Origin: Neophaeotheca triangularis | Taxonomy: Eukaryota | Direction of reading: 5' to 3' | Length of the DNA stretch: 64,000 nt | Assembly (NCBI GenBank): GCA_054600435.1 | Contig: BAAIJX010000007.1 | Coordinates: 248,001 to 312,000 of the forward strand | In this document: in pieces, positions 45,601 to 58,429 of the stretch | Position numbering within the stretch: the stretch's first letter is position 1 | Layout: each line of letters opens with the position of its first letter | The notes under the pieces: generated by a model | The model's input: the letters and a program-made list of their open reading frames with translations, nothing else | The model's database searches: none | What the model was told of the DNA's origin: nothing | Position numbers and translations under genes: made by a program

Positions 45601-47385
45601 ATGGACAAAATTCAGCAAGAGATGGCCAATACGGACCCAGACGTCGCATTTCGCGCCACCGCATTCCACATTCACCATACTTGGGCCAAGACATTTCAGA
45701 GCCGCCCCGAGCTATACCTCCGTCCCCAGTCCCTCGAGGAGGTTCAGAAGATTGTCAACTTGGCTCGTCGCTGCAAGAGGCGGCTCGTAGTCGTGGGATG
45801 CGGCCACTCGCCCAGCGATCTGACATGTTCGTCATCATGGATGGTCAATCTGGACGAATACAGTCGGGTACTCAACGTGGACAAGCAGAGAAAGACTATG
45901 AATGTTGAGGGCGGTATACGGCTGCGTGATCTCAATGCTCAGGCGAATGCGCAGGGCCTTACTATGCCTAATCTCGGCAGCATCCACGATCAGTCTATCG
46001 TCGGTGCCATGGCTACTGCGACCCACGGCAGCTCCATGTCTCACGGCTTGCTTTCAGAGTCGGTACGCTCACTACGCATCGTGCTTTCCAACGGCCAGGC
46101 GGTGCGTTGCTCGGCTGAGCGGAATCAAGACCTCTTCAGGGCAGCACTGGTGTCGCTCGGGGCGCTCGGCATCATTACCGAGATTGAGTTCGAAATGACC
46201 GACTCTTGCAATATCGAATGGGTACAGACGCTCAAGCCTCTCAGTGACATTCTTACTCGATGGGACACTGATCTCTGGCACGAGAAGGAGTTCACGCGGG
46301 TTTGGTGGATGCCATATATGAAACGTGCTATTGTTTGGTCCGCCGAAAAGACCGAGAAGCCTCAAAGACAGCCGGGTGAGTCCTGGTACGGCGGATCGGT
46401 AGGATACCACACTTACCATAATCTTCTCTGGTTATCCAACTATGTCCCCTGGATCCTGCCGGCGGTGGAATGGTTTGTGTTCGGCATGCAGTACGGCTTT
46501 TCTACCGGCCAAGCTACGACGGCGGTGGAAGAGCTGCGGACTGGTCTACTAATGAATTGCCTCTACTCCCAATTTGTCAACGAATGGGCGCTGCCATTGT
46601 CCAAGGGGCCAGAAGCGATTAACAGACTATCAGCCTGGATCAATGGCGAAACGGGGTCTGGCATTCCCTTCAGCGTCAAGGGTCTCTATGTTCATTGCCC
46701 TATCGAGGTGAGGGTCTCCGACACTACACTCACCACCTCCCCACGGCCATTTCTCGACAACACGTGCGCCGTAGAGCCCACGCTTTACTTGAACGCCACG
46801 CTCTATCGCCCCTACCTCCAGGACCCACCGTGTACGGCACGCTACTACGAGGCCTTTGAGTGGCTGATGCGTGACATGGGCGGAAAGCCACATTGGGCGA
46901 AGAACTGGAGTTATACATCCAAGGAGCAGATTGGGGAAATGTACGGCGAGAACATGACTAAGTGGGCTCAGGTGCGTGGAGAGGCGGATCCAGAGGGCAT
47001 GTTCCTTGGCGAATGGCACAAACGATCCCTACCACTGCCATCTGCCCACTACCCTCTCATGGAACGAGAGGTCATGCGGCGGAAGGCGGCAAATGGTGGC
47101 CAGTTTTGGGTCGGTCGTCTTGAGGGTACCGTCTCGGGTGAAGACGCCAAGGAGGCTTTTGGCGAGGCATACCCCTCGGAGCCGTCCGCAGGTGGTGAGA
47201 AATCCTACAGCCCATCTGCAAGCTCGAGTGGCGAGAGTTTTGACTTGATGCACGCGGGTGAGGTCGAGAGCAGTATGCTTTTCAACGGCGCTGATGAGGG
47301 AAGCGATACCGACAGAGACGTCAGACGCACGCACGGTCATCCCAAGGAAGGCGTCACGGGGATCAAAGTGTTTGACAAGATGTGA
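45601..47385 (+). CDS. ALO1: D-arabinono-1,4-lactone oxidase (FAD-linked)
   Basis: TWAKTF, FAD-binding VVGCGHSPSDL, NLGSIHDQSIVGAMATATHGS, SLGALGII, PIEVR, GGKPHWAK, DPEGMF. Confidence 0.93.
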   Translation: MDKIQQEMANTDPDVAFRATAFHIHHTWAKTFQSRPELYLRPQSLEEVQKIVNLARRCKRRLVVVGCGHSPSDLTCSSSWMVNLDEYSRVLNVDKQRKTMNVEGGIRLRDLNAQANAQGLTMPNLGSIHDQSIVGAMATATHGSSMSHGLLSESVRSLRIVLSNGQAVRCSAERNQDLFRAALVSLGALGIITEIEFEMTDSCNIEWVQTLKPLSDILTRWDTDLWHEKEFTRVWWMPYMKRAIVWSAEKTEKPQRQPGESWYGGSVGYHTYHNLLWLSNYVPWILPAVEWFVFGMQYGFSTGQATTAVEELRTGLLMNCLYSQFVNEWALPLSKGPEAINRLSAWINGETGSGIPFSVKGLYVHCPIEVRVSDTTLTTSPRPFLDNTCAVEPTLYLNATLYRPYLQDPPCTARYYEAFEWLMRDMGGKPHWAKNWSYTSKEQIGEMYGENMTKWAQVRGEADPEGMFLGEWHKRSLPLPSAHYPLMEREVMRRKAANGGQFWVGRLEGTVSGEDAKEAFGEAYPSEPSAGGEKSYSPSASSSGESFDLMHAGEVESSMLFNGADEGSDTDRDVRRTHGHPKEGVTGIKVFDKM

Positions 47386-48043
47386 GCGAGAGCAGCGAAC
47401 GTTTTGCCCTTTTGTTGCGCGCAGTTTGACTAGCACTATCAGACGAACTTGCAATCATATGTCGCCCTTTTTCCATATCCCTGCTTTTTTTTCCCTCTCA
47501 ACGCGAACTTCTAGCAAGCTACGGAGTTCTTGCATGCCTAGATAATAAAATCTATGAGCCATCATCGCCTTGTCGCGCACGTGAGGGATCAAGTCGGTCG
47601 TTTCTTTGGCCGCCTTTCCGGTGAGCCAAGTCCAGAAAGTCTGTTGAAATGATGAGCGTCTACTTGGTATTATCCACCAGCCTTGCCAAGGCTTCGAGTT
47701 TGAGTTTGGAACCAACACTCGTTTCGATGCTGTCGGCATGGTACTATCCATTCACTCGAGCCAGTGGCCGGTCTCAGGGGAAAAGACGATTGGGGGTGTG
47801 TCTAGGCTGAGGGAGTGCCGAGAAGGCTTCCTATAACTTGGTCACGACGGTCTAGAGGATGGAAGAAAGCAGTACATGCGGCAAAGGAGTGACGACGATC
47901 TCTGTCAGATTTCTAGGCCTGTCCTCCAGAGAAAAGGGGGCGAGTCTTTAACTAGTATTCGCTGCCCAAAGAGAAGCCGTACAGCAGCGCAAAGCCTGTC
48001 GTCGTAAGGTTGAAAATATCGTCGCTCGTCGCGGTCGCTACAT

Positions 48044-49146
48044 CTACTCGCCCGAAGGCCCTTCAAGGGTCTCCCCGAGAGGAACGGCAGTGCCGAAATC
48101 AGGAGTGCCGTCGGCATTCCAGTTGACCCTCTGAGCCATCGTGTATCTGTTGCCATCGCATGCGCCAGTGGGCACCTCGGTAGCGTGATAGACGTTCCAC
48201 CATTCGCTTCCGTCCGGCGAGAGGAAGAGACTGCAGGAAGAAGAGGTTCGGTTAGCTGCTGGTCAACAGGATCATCGATGCTTCTAGCTGAGCGGGCACT
48301 CACCCGTTGTGGCCGGTACCGTAGTTGCCATTGGCGCTGCTGAAGACGGGGCCGGTCTTGCTCCAGCTGCTCGCTTGGGTGGGGTCGCCGCTGCCGTCGT
48401 AGGTTAGATAGCCTAGTTGGTAGCTGGCCGTCCAGCAGTAGGAGCCGGAGTAGGTCAAGTAGACCTGGCCTTGGTGGTACATTGGCGACGCGCCTTCTTG
48501 AACGGGAGCTTCGTCTCTTTCCCAAGCTTCTGTGGGCTCTGAGAGGGTCGAGCTGGGGCCGAGAGTAGTCGGTGAAGTCATGGGAGCGATGCAAAGCGAC
48601 TGTCCGACTTGGGTCATGCAGCTGTAGACGAAGTAGTTCTGGCCGGGAAGCCTCAAGATGGTCGCATCGATTCCCCACGTGTTTCCTGTCATGCTACCGC
48701 CGGAGGCGTACGCGAAGTCATCCCACGGTGACACGCCGCCAGCGAGAGCATGCGGCCTTTGCCCATCGGTGCCGTCTGCGTTGCCTGCCGTGTAGTAGAT
48801 GTACCATCTGAACACCATGTCAGCCGAGATGCTCGATTGAATGCATGCACACCACTCACCTGTCTCCCATCCAGTGTAGCTCCGGCGCCCACATCGAGCA
48901 GCATCTGGAAGGGTCGTCATCGGTCCAGACGACCTTAGTCTCGCCATTGGCCAGCCCGCCCAAGGTCGTCGCACGGGTAATTTGCAGGTCGGTCCAGGTC
49001 GTGGTCATCAGGAAATAATACGTGCCATCGTGGACAATGTGGGGGTCGGAACCATTGGGGTCCTTGAGTGGGTTGGTGAATGGTGCACCCGAAGCCAGGG
49101 TCAGGAGGCCTGTCAAGCCAACAGCTAGAGAAGCGACAAGACGCAT
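48044..49146 (-). CDS. Secreted GH43 glycoside hydrolase (probable alpha-L-arabinofuranosidase); exons 49146-48860, 48807-48304, 48230-48044
   Basis: Signal peptide; GSDPHI, MWAPELHW..RWYIYY, WGIDAT, VQEGA, YGTGHNG|LFLSPDG..VYHA. Confidence 0.92.
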
Positions 49147-50069
49147 TATCGGTGAGGGTTCCGACGTTTGACGGACGGTGAAATCAGAAGCGTGTACTGT
49201 ACAATGCGCATCGACGAGAAGAGGGCCTCGAGGACTCTTATATCTCCCTGGATGCCGTTTTTCTCGTGCAGGCGCGAAATAGCAAGACGCTCACTCGCCG
49301 TTGGCGTCACTGTACTCAGAAGGCCCCGAGCAGCCACTTCAGCACTGCACCCAGACAAACCGCCCCTCTATTGGTCGTTGGGTTCATGCAGTCGGTCATT
49401 GTCTTGCGGAAGCTCTCCAGTTGTAGAAAGATCTGCGCATACGCGAGAAAGCCATGTCTCAAGTAGATTCATCTTCCCCGGCTTCGACGCGCTTTGATTG
49501 ACGGGATATACTTTATAGAATCTTCCCCCGGGCCACCCCGCGTGTATACATTGTTTCTTGGCTACAAGTGCTTAAAACTCACTTTGAGTACCTTCGGAAA
49601 TGCCAGTGATTTAGAGGTTGAAAGTTGGGAATTGTCCACATGATCCATGGCTCTCGGATTCAGTGGTGTAGGGACCGGTCTCGGATTGACTGGAGAGGTT
49701 CAATAGCCATATGAAGCGCTTGAGCTACTCGGTAGCCAGACGTGTTTATAGGTCGACGGCCCGTAAAAGCCAAGAGTTGTAAAGAGCTTCGTCTCACGTG
49801 TGGGTAACGATCAATGTCTCTGCAATGCAAGGGAAGAACACGTTCTGTGACCAAGGTCAGTAATACAGCTAGCCGCAAGTTCAATTGCCTTTCTGTGAAT
49901 ACTGATTCTGCTCTGGAAAGTTTTGCACTGTTTTTTGTATTTCTCCCGCAGCTTGAGATACAACGACCAGTAACACTTCGGCCCTTCGAACCTCGCCCCA
50001 TTGTAGCCGGAGCTGTCGCACTCACGTAATCTTCTCATTGCTTCCTATTCCACGCACCCTACCCTTGTA

Positions 50070-52350
50070 TCACCGCTTGCTTGCATTGCCCGCTTTTACA
50101 AGCTCATTCCACGCATTCTCGAAACCTCTCTTGATCTCCTTGTAGCTTGCGACTATCACGTCGCGCTCGTCACGGCTGACGAGCTGGATATTCTCATCCA
50201 CACCAGCGTCGAGCTTGTTGAGACATTGAATGATGTGACCGAGGTTCAGGACTGGGCGGCCCTCGTGATCGACTTGATGGAAAACGTAATCCCGAAAGAG
50301 CTTGAGATAGTAACGCTCGCCTACCTCAGACCACGCCTGCTGAGATTGATTGAACAGTGGAGGGTTGCCGGCAGAGTGCAGCGAATACTCTGGGCGCTCA
50401 AGTATGACGCCGAGCTTTATCATCAGGCGAGATATGCGGCCGTTCTCAAGTTCACGCATCAGCTGTGAATTGTGATCGTCGTTGCTTTGGAGACAGCTGT
50501 CTAGTGCCTCGGCCAGCTCGTCAGTAATGCTAGCCATGAAGTTGCGGATGCTGTATTGATTGCCGGCATGGGTCGCCTCTCCGCGTGGCTCAATGAGTAG
50601 GTCCGTCTGTGGAGGGCTTAGAAGCCACCGCAAACAAGCCCGGAACTTGTCGCTGTAAATCCTGCCGACTTGGTCCAAGGCATTGGAGACATTTTGGCTT
50701 GTCGCTTGGTTTTTTGTAGCGAGAGCAAGGATGACTCGGCCAAGGTCTTGTAGATCTGCTCTCTGTAGGTCTTGTACTGAACGGGGAGTACCGTATTGTA
50801 CGATGTCAAACACCCCACACCCATTCAGACGGACTCTATTCTTCGAGGTCAAGAGAATCTTGGACAACATTACGGTGCGAGCCGCGAGGTTCTCAGCGTG
50901 GACAACCCTCAGAGCCTGGCTTAGCTGCGCAATGTATCCCCAGAGTTCCGACTCCGGTATCGGTTGATTCATGCCACGCTGAGGCCCTAGACCTCTGTTG
51001 ATGCCGAAGTACTTCTCCTGGAGATTCTGTGAGAGGGGAAAATAATCCGCGACAACCATCAAAGAAGTATCGCCGAAGAGCCTCGTCGTGAAAGCGTCAT
51101 GCACCTTTACAACACTGCCGCTATTTATGCGCTTCCAGTGTGAAATGGTCTTGATCGCTGCCGCATCGGACAATCGGAAACCTGAAATGCGCCGTAGTGT
51201 ATAAAAGTTGCCGTCCTTGCTGGATGTTGCTTTGTAGATATGGCTTGGATAGCCAAAAGTCAATGGACTTTTCTGATTGCCAATGTCCAAAGCAACGAGG
51301 GAGTGGAAATGCTCGACCGTAGGTGGAAGAGTGCTGTTCGCGAAAGTCTGCAATGTGGCTTCGGATTTGCGTTGCAAGTCTTCACGGAGGTTTTCATCCA
51401 AAAAGAAGTCGTTCGTGGTACGCTGGTACGGCTGCAAATTCTGTCGGTAAGGACCCATTGCTGCATAGAGATGGTAGTTTAGCGGATGTTTGAAACTTGT
51501 AGTGTCCTGGAAGAACGCTTGAGAGCCAGCTGTCGATGCAGCTGACGCATACGGATTGATTTGGGTCTGAATACCATCAAGACCGGCCGCCTGGGCAGAC
51601 ATGAAAGGATCAGAGTATGGGTTGATGGCCGTTTGTAGATTTTGTTGTTGATCGCTCTGCCCCTGATCATGACCGTAGGAGTCTGTGGCGAAGAAATCTT
51701 GCGAAGACAGCGCACCTCTAGAACTAAGTTTGGACTGTGGCAGAAAGCTTTGGGGTACAAACTCCTGGAAAGGCTGTTGTGGCTGGAAAGAAGAGTCCGG
51801 GATGAATTCGCCTGACGGTTCTTTCGAATGCGAGGTCCCTGCTGGAGTTACGCTGCCTGTATGTGTTGTCAGTGTTGCTTTTGCCATCAGAGAAAGGAAG
51901 TGACGTACCTGACCCACGAGGAGTGAAGGCTGCGGCAGCAGCAGCCCTAGGTGAGATTCCAAGGGGTTTTGCGACTTGTGGATCAGTTGATGGCGCGTTA
52001 ACTGGTCGCGGCGTGAACGATGGCGACGCGACGTTCAGCGACTTTTTCCCACTATGCGACCGATTAGCTTCGTCCAGCGTGCGAACTAAAGGGGTCACTG
52101 ACGCTGCTATTCCACCGGCCATCGCGCTGAAGTCGTGTTTATATTGGCAGGTACCTGTAGTGAGGTCAGTCCAATCCGCAAGAGAACAACACGGCGATGT
52201 GACCTCACCCTCTTGATGCTTGCGGCATTGCGGCCCGTTCCGGCACAAGACTGCGGCTATAGGAGGCCGATTCTCAAGAGCTCGGCTGGTTCCAGGGGAC
52301 GACGGGTGTCGACGCGCATCCCCTGATACTCGTGGCACTGCAGTAGCCAT
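50070..52350 (-). CDS. PAN3: PAN2-PAN3 deadenylase subunit Pan3; introns 52155-52208, 52052-52102, 51857-51908
   Basis: CCCH finger CRNGPQCRKHQEG|TCQYKH, PAM2-like LNVASPSFTP, PLNYHLYA, pseudokinase domain, ELENGRISRL, WSEVGERYYLKLFRDYVFHQVD, LNKLDAG. Confidence 0.96.
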
Positions 52351-52916
52351 ATTTTCAGGCGCAAGAAGTAGAAACTGAATCAGTTCGCTTCGATTGAGCC
52401 TTTTGCGGGCGTGCCAGATGGCTTGATTCAATTAAAGTTCAACGGATGCTCAGCCGGATGCGTTGGCACAGACTTGGAGCTGACCAAGAGGATAGGCCGT
52501 TGGGGGCTGGAATCGCTGTGGACCGGCGTCGCAAGCAATATCTCAGATTACTGGGTGAGGAAACCTATTGTTCGTCTTCCATGGGCGAAAGCTATTTGAT
52601 ATTTCCGAGCAGAGCTGAATCGAATCCGAGATCACGTCAAAGATGGACCAGGCGTGATTTGATCATATATATTCAGATGAGCAGAGCAGAGCAGCAAATG
52701 CAGATGTAGTAGCTGGATGAAAGGAAAGTCGATACCGAAGGCGCAGGGAGGGTACCTGCTCGTAGTCGCGCAAAGGCCAAAGCGTCCAGGTCCTTGGTCG
52801 AAGTTGCGATTGCCCGCGTTCTCGGCGGGCTGTGTCGAGGCAAAGGCAGGTGGTACCTTGCCTAATTCACAGTCGCGAATGGTACAGTGCAGGAGGAGCT
52901 GGAGGTCAGTATTTAT

Positions 52917-52951
52917 GTAGGTAGGAAGGTAGGTAGGTAGGTAGGTAGGTA
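52917..52951. repeat. (GGTA)n tetranucleotide repeat in the PAN3/UBX divergent promoter
   Basis: Direct reading. Confidence 0.9.
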
Positions 52952-53437
52952 CTAGTAGGTATTGATGTCCGCTCCACCTGCGCCGGGAATGCGTTGGAGG
53001 ACAGAGAAAGATTCAACCGAACTTCTTCCCGGCCATGAACGCCACCACACCCTGCATATCGCTGACAACGTATTACAACTGAGTTGGGCCGAGAATTGCT
53101 CGCGCAAAGAGGTGGAGAGAGATGGAGTGGTGGTGGTTGATACTGGATTGAGGCGGACATGACATGTCGTCGTCTCTCGTCCGAGGTAGCGTGGGGTTGA
53201 CTCGACTCAGCCCTAATCGCCGCCGGCGAGCTTCTAAATCCGACACCGGTGCTCTTCGTTAGGTACGGTACAGTTACAACCTTACGACTCGTTCGCAACA
53301 CTTTCACCGTTTGCACCTTCACATACATATTCATACATCACACACGAATCGACCCGTTCGCATAAGTATTTCCACGCAGCTTGCAGGTTCCATGGTCCAA
53401 AGCCAATGACTTGCGCCTATCAAGGAAGCTCAGCAAC

Positions 53438-54982
53438 ATGACAGACATATCTAGTCTTACCGAAGACCAACAGCTGGCGCTCCAGCAATTCACCTCCGTA
53501 ACCGACCAAGACCTTGACGCAGCGGTACCCATCCTGCAGAAATGCCAATGGAACGCTCAAATCGCCATAGCAAGATTCTTTGACGGGGATGCTGACACCG
53601 TCGACCCCGCCGCCGAGGCAGCAAGGCCTCCGCCGCCCCCGACAAATAGACGATCCGAAACACTTACGGACGCTATACCACGAGTATCCGCAAGAAATGG
53701 CAGATCAGACGGACTTGAGCCGGCGCCACGAGTGGTCCCCACCCCAGAGGGACAGCTCACCCAACCCATGCCATTCCCCTTCAATATAATATTGCTTCCA
53801 TTCAACATCACATACACGATCTTCCAGCGCATCTTTGGCATGGTGGGCTACCTATTCCCTATCATTCCGCGTATACTTCAACGACTATATTCCGGCCGCA
53901 CCTCAGCGCCCTCGCGGGATGCTGGGCGCAGACCTCTCAATCCTCGCGACACCGCAGCCAGATTTACGCGCGATTTCGAAGAAGAATACGGAGTCACGCA
54001 CGGCACGCTGCCATTCCACGAAGGAGGCTATGCTCATGCTTTCGACATTGCAAAGCGCGAGCTCAAGTACCTCTTAATAGTACTCATATCGCCAGAACAC
54101 GACGATACTGCGCCATTCGTGAGAGACACGCTGCTGTCGCCCGAGTTTGTCGAGTGGGTGAAGAAGCCGGCGAACAATATCTTGCTATGGGCTGGCACGG
54201 TACAAGATGCCGAAGCGTACCAGGTCGCGTCCGCGTTGAATGTGACCCGCTTTCCCTACGCTGGTCTGGTCGTACATACACCATCTGTGTCCTCTACGGC
54301 CATGAGCAGGATCGCAACATCTGTCGGCCCGGTCACGACGGTAGAACTGATCAACAAGTTTGAAGAGGCGATACGCAAACATAGCACTGAGTTGGAGGCT
54401 GTCAGGAGACAGCGTCAGGAACAGCAAGCTACCAGAAACCTGCGGCAGGAACAGGAGACTGCCTATGAGCGGTCCCTGGCGCAGGATAGGGAGAAAGCAA
54501 GGAAGAGGAAAGAAGACGAGGCCGAAAATGCGAGGGTGGAGAAGGAGGAGCGAGAAAGGGAAGAGCGCAAGGCCAAGGCAGCACGGAATCTGCACGACTG
54601 GCGGAGGTGGAGGGCCCAGTCCCTACCTGCTGAGCCAAACGTCGAGACCAAAGACGTAGTGCGCATAAGTCTGAGATTGCCATCTGGAGAGCGAGTGGTA
54701 CGGAAGTTTAGCCCAGAAGCTGACTTGGAGGAGCTATATGCCTATGTGGAGTGCTACGATATGTTGCAAGAGGGGGCGGAGCTGAGCGAGAAAGAGTTGG
54801 GTGAGCCCGAGGACTACCAGCACTCGTACCATTTCCGGCTTGTGTCGCCGATGCCCAGGGAAGTCTATGACCTAGAAAAGGGCGGTGCGGTCAGGGAACG
54901 CATTGGTCGGAGTGGCAACTTGATAGTGGAGAAGATCATCGACGACGAGGACGAAGAAGGCGAGGAAGAATTAGATAGCTAG
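53438..54982 (+). CDS. UBX-domain protein (UBA-like, membrane hairpin, UAS, coiled coil, UBX; FAF2/Ubx2-like Cdc48 adaptor)
   Basis: UBA-like LQQFTSVT...WNAQIAIARFFD, hydrophobic hairpin, UAS region, LRQEQETAYERSLAQDREK coiled coil, UBX ISLRLPSGERVVRKF...LVSPMPR. Confidence 0.92.
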   Translation: MTDISSLTEDQQLALQQFTSVTDQDLDAAVPILQKCQWNAQIAIARFFDGDADTVDPAAEAARPPPPPTNRRSETLTDAIPRVSARNGRSDGLEPAPRVVPTPEGQLTQPMPFPFNIILLPFNITYTIFQRIFGMVGYLFPIIPRILQRLYSGRTSAPSRDAGRRPLNPRDTAARFTRDFEEEYGVTHGTLPFHEGGYAHAFDIAKRELKYLLIVLISPEHDDTAPFVRDTLLSPEFVEWVKKPANNILLWAGTVQDAEAYQVASALNVTRFPYAGLVVHTPSVSSTAMSRIATSVGPVTTVELINKFEEAIRKHSTELEAVRRQRQEQQATRNLRQEQETAYERSLAQDREKARKRKEDEAENARVEKEEREREERKAKAARNLHDWRRWRAQSLPAEPNVETKDVVRISLRLPSGERVVRKFSPEADLEELYAYVECYDMLQEGAELSEKELGEPEDYQHSYHFRLVSPMPREVYDLEKGGAVRERIGRSGNLIVEKIIDDEDEEGEEELDS

Positions 54983-55995
54983 CGTAAACCAGACAGGTGA
55001 CTACTGTGCAGCAGTAACGGCATGTTGTTTGTTACAACAAGCTCGAGCGTGAGGTTCGATAAACAGCAGTTGACAAGGTCCGAGGCAAGGTCAGGTGTTG
55101 GAGAACGTTGCCCGGTCGAATGGCGAAGGTTTACGACTGCGTCAAGCGTGATTTGGTCGAGTGCCAAGGCATCACCTCCATCTTTGTCTCTAATACCTAC
55201 CTAATGATGGCCCCCCCATCGCGACAGGCGTTTGTGATGGACGACAGAGACTGATCGGTCTGAGCGGGAAATATTGCCACAGCATTGTTGTTGTGTTATA
55301 TCCAAGTGTTTACTTGACTGGTTACAAGTAGTAGTGGTGGTGGTGGTGGTACTTAGTGGTGTTGATGGTGGAATAATAATAGTGAAGCAGCGGCCGTCGT
55401 CGCTTCACTTGACAAGCGGACCAGTCACAGGCGGCGCTTGAGTGGAGCGTGTGCTTGTCTCAAGACGGACGGGATCGAGGTCACCACCTGCACCTCACCA
55501 CCACCGACGACTGACCCTGCGTGCGCTCCATTGCCGCATTCTTCTGCCTCTCTTTCCCGGACGAGCAGCTTGAACATCTCCCTCTTGCCTGTCGACCCCA
55601 TCCATCTCTTCATCGGCAAACATCTACCTTGCATGCTTTGAGCCCATCCCCGCCGGCCACCTCCACCACCCAAGCGCGACATTTCTGCCACGTCCGCTCA
55701 CGGACCACGTCTCAAGTCAAGTCACGGCCACGAGCGACGAGGAGAGAGAAGACGATAGAACCGACTCGCCGCTCCCTCTCTCCCACTCACCTCAATTCGA
55801 CTCAACACCCGATACGAATACACCAATCACCTCGCAACCGGCACTGCCTTTCTTGCACTGAAAAGTCCATTGCACCGAGGTTTGGGGTACCCTGGGTAAA
55901 CAGTACGCTCATCGGCACAACCCAATTGCACGCAAGCGCTTCGGCAGCAGCAAGAGCTTCACTAGGCTCGCGCTCAATGAGCTGCGAGTTGTAAC

Positions 55996-58429
55996 ATGTC
56001 AACGCCCCAGACACTCACTCTGGCGCAAGCTCCACATCCGCATCTGAACCGCCAAGGTTACCTTCCAAGTCCGCAAGACCGCTACCTTCCTCCCCCAAGG
56101 CCGTCCAGCAACCTCAGCAACGGCTACAACCGAAACGTTCACCCTCGACCTCCCAGCAATACCTCTGCTCAGCACCTCCCTCACCCGCAAACCCGCCCGC
56201 CCAGCGGTCTCGGTGGCAGTTACAGCGCCCATCAATATCCTGTGCACGCAAGAGGCGGGCCAGACTTTCACTCGCCGTATCAGCACCCTACTGCGCCCCA
56301 ATTGCCTCAAGAAGACCTTAGACGCACAAACAGTCAGGCGAGCCAGCGTGCGAGACAGCTGCCACCTCCTCCAGTCACGCAGCAGACATCACGTGCGCCG
56401 GCTGCTTCAGGTTATCCGATGGCGCCTCACCAACAGCCCAATGGCAATGCGCTGGATAACACACGAAAATCTGGAAGGGAGCCTGTGGACTGGGTCAAAT
56501 ACTTTGGCGGCAGGCCACCGACCGAGATAATAGAAATTCACGATGATGATAGCCCTGCACCACCCGCTGAAGTCCATCGCGTAGCGCCTCAAGCAAATGG
56601 TGGAGCCCAACAGTCTCGCCACATCGACAAGCGTCGAAGAGTGAATGGAGCGTCCGATGCACCTGCGTATAGCGTTACGAACACGCCCTATTCCGCCTCC
56701 AACAACGGGGCATCGACCGAGAGCCTACAGGCTACTACCGCTCCCACTTCATTGGGCTCCCAGGTCAGCAGTAGCAGTAGGCTCGATGCAACCCAAGCCG
56801 GCCAGAAGCGAAAGCGGAGCACCCGTACGCAGGAAGCCGAGCGCAAGAAGTTGGAAGTGGAGAAGCGAGGACCTCAGGGCTATTTGGCAGAGTACGGGGA
56901 GTATATCCCTCCACCAAAGCAACACAGGAAGCAGAGGGATGTGCATGTACCAAAGATACCAGAGGTACGTCTCGGCTCACAGCAGACATTTGGTGAGAAG
57001 AAATCTAACAAGGTAACTCAGCGTGCCGGTGGGCATCACGACAAGGTCGACGACGACGACGGCCATTACTTAGTCCAGGACGGCAGCAAGCTCGGAGACC
57101 GCTACACACTAGTCTCTCTCCTTGGCCAGGGTACTTTCGGCAAAGTCGTCCGCGCGGTCGACATTCGAACACGAAAGGAGGTGGCAGTCAAGATCATCAG
57201 GGCGGTGCCGAAGGTAAGATTTCTTCTTTCCATCAGCTGTATTACTCGAGCTATCACTAACGCACGCAACAGTATCGCGATGCTAGTCGCATCGAACTCC
57301 GAGTGCTCCAAACCTTACGGGCTGCTGACGAAACCAACCGCAATCGCTGCATTCAACTTCGAGAATGCTTCGACTGGCGCGGCCACATCTGCATCGTCAC
57401 ACCCCTTCTAGGCCTCTCCGTGTTCGACTTCCTCAAATCCGGTGGCTTCGTACCATTCCCCGGCTCGCATATCCAAGCCTTTGCTCGTCAACTCCTCGGC
57501 AGCATCGCCTTCCTCCACGACCTCAACCTCGTTCATACCGACCTGAAGCCTGAGAATATCCTCCTCATCAACCACAACTACCAGACCTTTACTTATAACC
57601 GCAACATCCCGAGCAGTAGCACGCTCAACACCCGATCTGCCAAGTTCAGGAGAGTCCTACTCAGCCCTCAGATCAACCTCATTGATTTTGGTAGTGCTAC
57701 GTTCGATGACGAGTATCACAGTTCTGTCGTGAGCACTCGTCACTACCGTGCGCCCGAGATCATTCTCGGAATCGGTAAGATTGAGACATAATACAACAAT
57801 GAATGTAGCAGTGCGCTGACATTTCCACCAGGTTGGAGCCATCCTATCGATCTGTGGTCCCTTGGCTGCATTCTGGTGGAGTGCTGGACCGGCGACGCGC
57901 TATTCCAGACTCATGATTGCTGCGAGCATTTGGGAATGATGGAGGTATGTAGAGCCACTGCCTTCGCTGTGGGTCAGAACTTTCACTAACGTCACATGTC
58001 CAGGCGGTCACCGGCAATCCCATCGACAAGTCCTTGATTAAGGAAGTAAATCGCACATCCAAGCGCTCAGACAAGAACAGCGCCGCTCGATTTTTCAAAA
58101 ACGGCCAACTCGCCTATCCTCTGCCAGACACGCCTCGACAAAGCAAAAAGTACGTGCGTGCCATGAAGCGTTTGGAGGAGATTATTCCGCCTACCAACAA
58201 CTTCAACCGCCAATTTCTGGACCTGCTTCGCCGAATCTTTGTCTACGATCCGAAGAAACGCATCACAGCTCGTGAGGCAATCAAGCACCCATGGTTTTCC
58301 GAGTTGGTTGAGGACGATGGCACCGAGGCCGGCAGGATCAAGGTTGAGAGGGAGAGAATCGCCGAGGAGGAGAATCAGGCCCGGGCTGGTGCGAGCACGT
58401 ATCAGCGTGACCCTTATAGAAGAAGGTGA
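55996..58429 (+). CDS. lkh1: LAMMER/CLK dual-specificity protein kinase (Lkh1/Kns1-like); introns 56965-57021, 57214-57272, 57775-57831, 57945-58003
   Basis: [52 protein letters not shown], signature EHLGMME. Confidence 0.93.
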
